A DNA stretch of 42,090 nt from the IMG/VR virus record IMGVR_UViG_3300018080_000056; one strand, 5' to 3'. Shown here one piece after another: positions 38,723-42,090 of the stretch. The notes under the pieces are model-generated. The model did no database searches. It was not told where the DNA came from and saw nothing but the letters and a program-made list of their open reading frames with translations. Both the position numbers and the translations under genes were made by a program. This DNA comes from a virus. How positions within the stretch are numbered: the first letter of the stretch is position 1; each line of letters starts with the position of its first letter.

Positions 38723-38743
38723 TTGACTAAAATAGTTAATACC
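38723..38743 (-). promoter_or_regulatory. Conserved element copy A: near-palindrome TTGACTA-N3-TAGTTAA plus TACC, immediately upstream of an SD.
   Basis: Minus sense GGTATTAACTATTTTAGTCAACAGGAGG. Preceded (minus sense) by CCCCAAATTCGGGGTGTTTTTTT. Confidence 0.6.
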
Positions 38744-38835
38744 CACTCCAAAAAAACACCCCGAATTTGGGGCTGAGAGCCCGCAGGAGCCAAAAACTAT
38801 GGCGGGTGAATGGTTTGGTATGGGCATCATGTTTT

Positions 38836-39048
38836 TTACCTGCCTTTTCTGCTTCGTTTTAACCTGTTTCTTACCCTGGGAGACAGCTTTTCGTCAGCCT
38901 CCCTGTCTTTTTTCTCTGCGATTTGCTTTGCCTTGGGTCTTACACACAGCGCCATGGTACACCTGTCACACAGCACCTCCCTGCAATCCTTTCCTACGTT
39001 GTACTTTCCTAACCCTCGCCCGCAATCACAGCAATATGGCTCAGTCAT
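38836..39048 (-). CDS. Cys-rich basic protein (70 aa).
   Basis: CCDCG ... CDRC. ORF track. Confidence 0.5.
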   Translation of the reverse strand: MTEPYCCDCGRGLGKYNVGKDCREVLCDRCTMALCVRPKAKQIAEKKDREADEKLSPRVRNRLKRSRKGR

Positions 39049-39049
39049 T

Positions 39050-39259
39050 TTACCTCTCCATGTTTTTAATTTTGTTTATCTTTATAACAGATGAGTACGA
39101 GTGAGAATTTACCCACTCGATAGCCCTAGCCCTCGGAATAATAATCCTGCCCCGCTTCCTTATCTGTACATGGGGCAAGCCTGCACCGCACCACCGCCTG
39201 ATAGTCCTGGTGGATACCTTGAATAGGTCAGCAGCTTCTTTTAAGGATATGTATTCCAT
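39050..39259 (-). CDS. xis: Excisionase-family / MerR-like HTH protein (69 aa).
   Basis: ISLKEAADLFKVSTRTIRRWCGAGLPHV..GR.IIPRARAIEWV is the classic excisionase-type HTH pattern. Confidence 0.6.
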   Translation of the reverse strand: MEYISLKEAADLFKVSTRTIRRWCGAGLPHVQIRKRGRIIIPRARAIEWVNSHSYSSVIKINKIKNMER

Positions 39260-39263
39260 GGCT

Positions 39264-39479
39264 TTATTTAATGCTTAATACCCATACGTCTGACACCTCT
39301 TCCCCAAGGGCATTGGCAATCCTCATTGCAAGAGATAGCCGAGGGTCTTTGATTCGACCGTTGGCTAGGAAGCTCATGTGCATTGGAGATATGCCGACCT
39401 CATCAGCTATTTGCTTTTGGGTCATGCCCTTCATTTTTAGGATTTGTTTGATTCTTATTTCTTTGACCAAGGTTTTCAT
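39264..39479 (-). CDS. Cro-like XRE-family HTH regulator (71 aa).
   Basis: KGMTQKQIADEVGISPMHMSFLANGR....SLAMRIANALG. Divergent from the CI-like gene. Confidence 0.75.
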   Translation of the reverse strand: MKTLVKEIRIKQILKMKGMTQKQIADEVGISPMHMSFLANGRIKDPRLSLAMRIANALGEEVSDVWVLSIK

Positions 39480-39515
39480 GTCCGCTCTCCTTGATGTTTC
39501 AATCTTACGTTAATA

Positions 39516-39544
39516 ACTATAAGCGATAATGCCTCAGTTGTCAA
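39516..39544 (-). promoter_or_regulatory. Early (PR-like) promoter: -35 TTGACA, 17-nt spacer, -10 TATAGT.
   Basis: The reverse complement reads ctaTTGACAactgaggcattatcgctTATAGTtattaacg. Confidence 0.65.
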
Positions 39545-39584
39545 TAGTTTTTGAAAAAAGTTTTAATTTTTTTATAGGCTTTTC

Positions 39585-39612
39585 TTGACATTGATGAGTT
39601 GTGTGTTATAGT
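39585..39612 (+). promoter_or_regulatory. Repressor-side promoter: -35 TTGACA, 16-nt spacer, extended -10 TGtTATAGT.
   Basis: cTTGACAttgatgagttgtgTGtTATAGT read directly, 36 nt upstream of the CI-like ATG. Confidence 0.65.
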
Positions 39613-39647
39613 TTGAGTGTATTAAATGATTGGACGGGAGGGATAAA

Positions 39648-39953
39648 ATGGACGGCGAGTTAGTACCCTTCGGGGAGGCGTGCAGAAAAATCAGAGAGGC
39701 AAAGGACATGAGCCAAGGGGACATCTTCAGAATAACTGGACTGGAGCGCTCGTACATTAGCCGCTTCGAGAGCGGGAGGGTGCCGTACCCACGGCTGCAA
39801 ACAGTTGCGAAGATTGCCAAGGCGCTCGGCGTTACCATCGAGGAAGTCCTGAAGACGGCAGTAGAGTTAAAGAAGATGAAGAGGAAGCAGCGAGAAGATT
39901 TTGTATGGGAAAAAGAAATGTGGGACAAACTTGAAGAGGGGGTATCAAAGTAA
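39648..39953 (+). CDS. CI-like XRE-family HTH repressor (101 aa).
   Basis: Track ORF trimmed from TTG 39630 to ATG 39648 (SD GGGAGGGATAAAATG). MSQGDIFRITGLERSYISRFESGR....LQTVAKIAKALG. Confidence 0.75.
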   Translation: MDGELVPFGEACRKIREAKDMSQGDIFRITGLERSYISRFESGRVPYPRLQTVAKIAKALGVTIEEVLKTAVELKKMKRKQREDFVWEKEMWDKLEEGVSK

Positions 39954-39955
39954 AG

Positions 39956-41017
39956 ATGGGGGTTTACCTTCGAGGTAACCGATACCATTTCAAAAAGATG
40001 GTAGAGGGCAAGGTTTATTACAAGCCGCTGCGCATACGCAAAGGACAGGAATCCCTTCTGTCTGCCAGGGTGAAGCAAGTCGAGGAGGAAATAATAGCAC
40101 AGCACTACGGCATACCATACAAGGGGAGTGACAGCACCACCTTTCAGGACTATTCCCTCACGTACCTCAGCCAGAAAAAGTATAAGAAAACATGGGAGCG
40201 TGACAAGCAGAGACTTGCCATAATGGCAGAGATAGTGGGCGACCCACCGCTGCGCTCGATGGGCAAGCCAGATATTCAGCGGCTTGAGAAAGCGTTATTC
40301 GCCAGGGGGCTGAAGCCCTCGACAGTCAATAGGTACTTCGAGATACTAAACAATATGTTCAACACAGCCATCGAGGACGAGGTGCTGGATAAGAATCCAT
40401 GCAGGTTTTACAAGAGGTACACCGAGGACGGCAGCCGCAGAGCCTTGAGCCAGGATGAGTTGAGAAAAATACTGAGCGCAGCCAAGGAAATTCAAGAGAG
40501 TCCAAGGTCAAACATTCAGTCCCTCATATATGACATTATTATTCTCGCCCTATCCACGGGCATGAGGCTATCCGAGATGCTCAATCTAAAAAGAATCCAC
40601 GTTGACCTGGAAAGAAACCGCATCACTCTACCGATTTCTCATACAAAGTACAAGAGAAGAGGTGGCGGAAGGCAACGGGTGAAGGTTATTGTAATGAACA
40701 CTACAGCTATGCGCATCTTGAGTAAGCACTTAGCCAGGTCTGAGTATGTGCTTCCCGTTGGGTGGCGGGACGCAAGCACGGTGTTCCATGTGGTCAGGAA
40801 GATTCGCAAGATGACGGGCATCGAGGACTTCACGTTCCACCAGTTGAGACATACAGTTGCTACCTTTCTCACATCAAAGGTTGACATTGCCACGAGCCGC
40901 ATAATCCTGGGGCACTCTGACATACAAACCACGCTTAAATACTCCCATCCCTCCAGTCTGGAAGAGGGTGTTGCAAAATTAGATACACTTGTGGCAGACC
41001 TCCAGGGTAATGCGTAG
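39956..41017 (+). CDS. int: Tyrosine recombinase / phage integrase (353 aa).
   Basis: TGMRLSEMLNL (Arg I), HQLRHTVATFL (HxxR) and ILGHSDIQTTLKYSH (catalytic Tyr). Confidence 0.9.
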   Translation: MGVYLRGNRYHFKKMVEGKVYYKPLRIRKGQESLLSARVKQVEEEIIAQHYGIPYKGSDSTTFQDYSLTYLSQKKYKKTWERDKQRLAIMAEIVGDPPLRSMGKPDIQRLEKALFARGLKPSTVNRYFEILNNMFNTAIEDEVLDKNPCRFYKRYTEDGSRRALSQDELRKILSAAKEIQESPRSNIQSLIYDIIILALSTGMRLSEMLNLKRIHVDLERNRITLPISHTKYKRRGGGRQRVKVIVMNTTAMRILSKHLARSEYVLPVGWRDASTVFHVVRKIRKMTGIEDFTFHQLRHTVATFLTSKVDIATSRIILGHSDIQTTLKYSHPSSLEEGVAKLDTLVADLQGNA

Positions 41018-41019
41018 TT

Positions 41020-41043
41020 GTTCGAGTCCCCCCTTCGGCACCA
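41020..41043 (+). mobile_element. attP core candidate: a 24-nt sequence identical in form to the 3' end of a tRNA gene (T-loop, T-stem 3' strand, acceptor 3' strand, ACCA).
   Basis: GTTCGAGTCCCCCCTTCGGCACCA starts 3 nt after the int stop. The upstream bases cannot form the T-stem, so it is a fragment and not a gene. Confidence 0.7.
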
Positions 41044-41121
41044 ACTATCCCACCAGTTACCCCATATAATTCAATAGTTTAAGTCGGCATATATGGACAT
41101 CTGCGGCATGGATTGACATTC

Positions 41122-41141
41122 ATTGTTGCATTATTGTTGCA
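41122..41141 (+). repeat. Tandem ATTGTTGCA repeats 11 bp apart, candidate integrase arm-type sites.
   Basis: ATTGTTGCA at 41122-41130 and 41133-41141. Related ATTATTGTT at 41161-41169. Confidence 0.5.
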
Positions 41142-41161
41142 GATAATTGACGGGCTGTGTA

Positions 41162-41347
41162 TTATTGTTTCTTTATACTTGGCACAGATAATTCTTCAAC
41201 GCCCTCGTCTGATACCATCGTCATAAACCTTACGCTCTGGAAGTGGGATAATGTAAAGCATCCTCCGAATTCTTCGTCCCACAACATGCAGGCTTCCTCG
41301 ATACAGCAAGTCCTGAGCCATGGGCATATCTTTTTTTGTCCCGCCAT
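41162..41347 (-). CDS. Cys-rich 61-aa protein with its own promoter, next to attP (moron-like).
   Basis: ORF track. SD ACGGAGGTAAGGTTTAAATG. Promoter at 41384-41412. Confidence 0.5.
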   Translation of the reverse strand: MAGQKKICPWLRTCCIEEACMLWDEEFGGCFTLSHFQSVRFMTMVSDEGVEELSVPSIKKQ

Positions 41348-41383
41348 TTAAACCTTACCTCCGTTTACTTTTAATGGGTAATA

Positions 41384-41412
41384 ACCATAGCGTATGATAT
41401 AGAATCTGTCAA
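41384..41412 (-). promoter_or_regulatory. Sigma70-like promoter: -35 TTGACA, 17-nt spacer, -10 TATGGT.
   Basis: The reverse complement reads gggggTTGACAgattctatatcatacgcTATGGTtattaccc. Confidence 0.55.
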
Positions 41413-41433
41413 CCCCCCTTTAAGGGTGAAATT

Positions 41434-41754
41434 TTAGGCGGGGAGAGTCACCCCTCTCTTTCCCTCTTTCTCACATTGATTGCACCCCTGTTTTCTAAGG
41501 GGGCACAGCCTATAATCTATCGGGTTAATCCTGACAACCTTGAAGTTTTCCATAGAGTCATCCTCTATAACGTAAAGGGCGTCGCATGCCATAGCCCTGC
41601 CAGCCTTGCAGGTTGCCCAGTTATTATAAAATTTAACCCTGTCATATCCAGCGACCTCCAGCAGAGGTATCTGTAGGTCTGGCTTATAGTACCCCCTGCC
41701 CTTATCGTCCCACCACTCCCACTCTATATCCCTTGTAATATCTATTGCTTTCAT
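41434..41754 (-). CDS. Hypothetical protein (106 aa, Trp/Cys-containing).
   Basis: ORF track. SD CAAGGAGGATGCAATG. Confidence 0.55.
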   Translation of the reverse strand: MKAIDITRDIEWEWWDDKGRGYYKPDLQIPLLEVAGYDRVKFYNNWATCKAGRAMACDALYVIEDDSMENFKVVRINPIDYRLCPLRKQGCNQCEKEGKRGVTLPA

Positions 41755-41786
41755 TGCATCCTCCTTGCCTCATCTTTCAGGGAGGC

Positions 41787-41813
41787 GGGAGGGGCAGCGA
41801 TGCAACCCCTCCC
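41787..41813 (-). other. GC-rich stem-loop between the SprT-like gene and the next gene (8-bp stem GGGAGGGG/CCCCTCCC, 11-nt loop).
   Basis: Read directly. No T-run follows. A 16-bp near-palindrome TGTAATGTACACTACA sits beside it at 41815-41830. Confidence 0.5.
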
Positions 41814-41829
41814 TGTAATGTACACTACA

Positions 41830-42090
41830 TTACACCTGCTCGATGAGTGCTTTGTCACAGTCCAGGCATAGAATCTTGACGCCATGCTTTGCCCAGACAT
41901 TCAATCCGCATACTGGGCAGGTGTACTTTGTCCTTTTCCCAGACCTGGGAGCCCTGGCTTTACTGCTGCTGCCGCTGCCCTCGCCGCCGCTGCCTTGTGG
42001 CTGCTGAGGGTCGGGGCTGCCTGTGTTAATTGTCATCCATGGAAAGATAGCATCGTCTGGCATCTCTGCAATCATCTGCTCTGCTTTCCC
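41830..42090 (-). CDS. SprT-like zinc metalloprotease, C-terminal part. It continues from base 1 across the junction. Gly/Ser/Pro linker plus a CxxC...CxxC zinc ribbon.
   Basis: ORF 41830..42075 is in frame with the minus-strand frame leaving base 1 (42075 corresponds to 108, and 843-108 is divisible by 3). KYTCPVCGLNVWAKHGVKILCLDCD. Confidence 0.75.
   Translation of the reverse strand, partial: GKAEQMIAEMPDDAIFPWMTINTGSPDPQQPQGSGGEGSGSSSKARAPRSGKRTKYTCPVCGLNVWAKHGVKILCLDCDKALIEQV
41968..42090. repeat. Terminal overlap copy 2, identical to 1-123.
   Basis: Same comparison as for copy 1. Confidence 0.95.

Noticed and set aside
39572-40105. A 177-aa minus-strand ORF spanning the switch region, the repressor and the integrase start.
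   Set aside because: It is antisense to the HTH repressor and the integrase, and it crosses the promoter region. Its translation is junk-like.

Overview
The window is a complete, circularly closed dsDNA phage or excised-prophage genome. Bases 1-123 are identical to 41968-42090, so the unique length is 41,967 bp, and one minus-strand gene reads straight through the junction. All product calls come from motifs I recognise by eye in the ORF-track translations or in my own translations; no database search was run.

Layout:
- **5189-28666 (+), late block.** terS, terL, portal, acidic scaffold, major capsid (TTG start), adaptor-like and nozzle-like proteins, tail or internal-virion proteins including a 1918-aa giant, then an M15 endolysin, a holin and three unusual envelope proteins. 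The gene order is that of short-tailed (P22/T7-type) phages. I see no tail tube, sheath or tape-measure chaperone pair.
- **28663-39479 (-), early block.** Many small Cys-rich or zinc-ribbon ORFs, a MazZ-N-like (DUF5664-type) domain, ASCH-like, HAD phosphatase and metallophosphoesterase genes, a PD-(D/E)XK resolvase-like nuclease, an iteron-bearing replisome organizer, SSB, a PD-(D/E)XK exonuclease, a Rad52-like annealase, an excisionase-like HTH and a Cro-like HTH.
- **39648-41017 (+), lysogeny.** A CI-like repressor and a tyrosine integrase, followed directly by an attP core that looks like the 3' end of a tRNA gene.
- **41162 through the junction to 5062 (-), accessory arm.** A promoter-equipped 61-aa gene, a 106-aa gene and an operon of a 68-aa ORF, a MoxR/CobS-type AAA+ ATPase, a degenerate vWA-like protein and a SprT-like metalloprotease. 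Then come an about 650-bp AT-rich, iteron-bearing noncoding region, a block of small genes and a tRNA(CAU).

The items most worth follow-up are:
- the AAA+/vWA-like/SprT-like operon at the attP-proximal end;
- the lysis cassette, which lacks recognisable spanins but has an inner-membrane-anchor plus OMP-like beta-signal protein and a secreted JAB-like protein;
- a twin-CX3C, poly-Gly virion protein;
- the two inverted iteron clusters;
- a family of near-identical promoter and hairpin elements.
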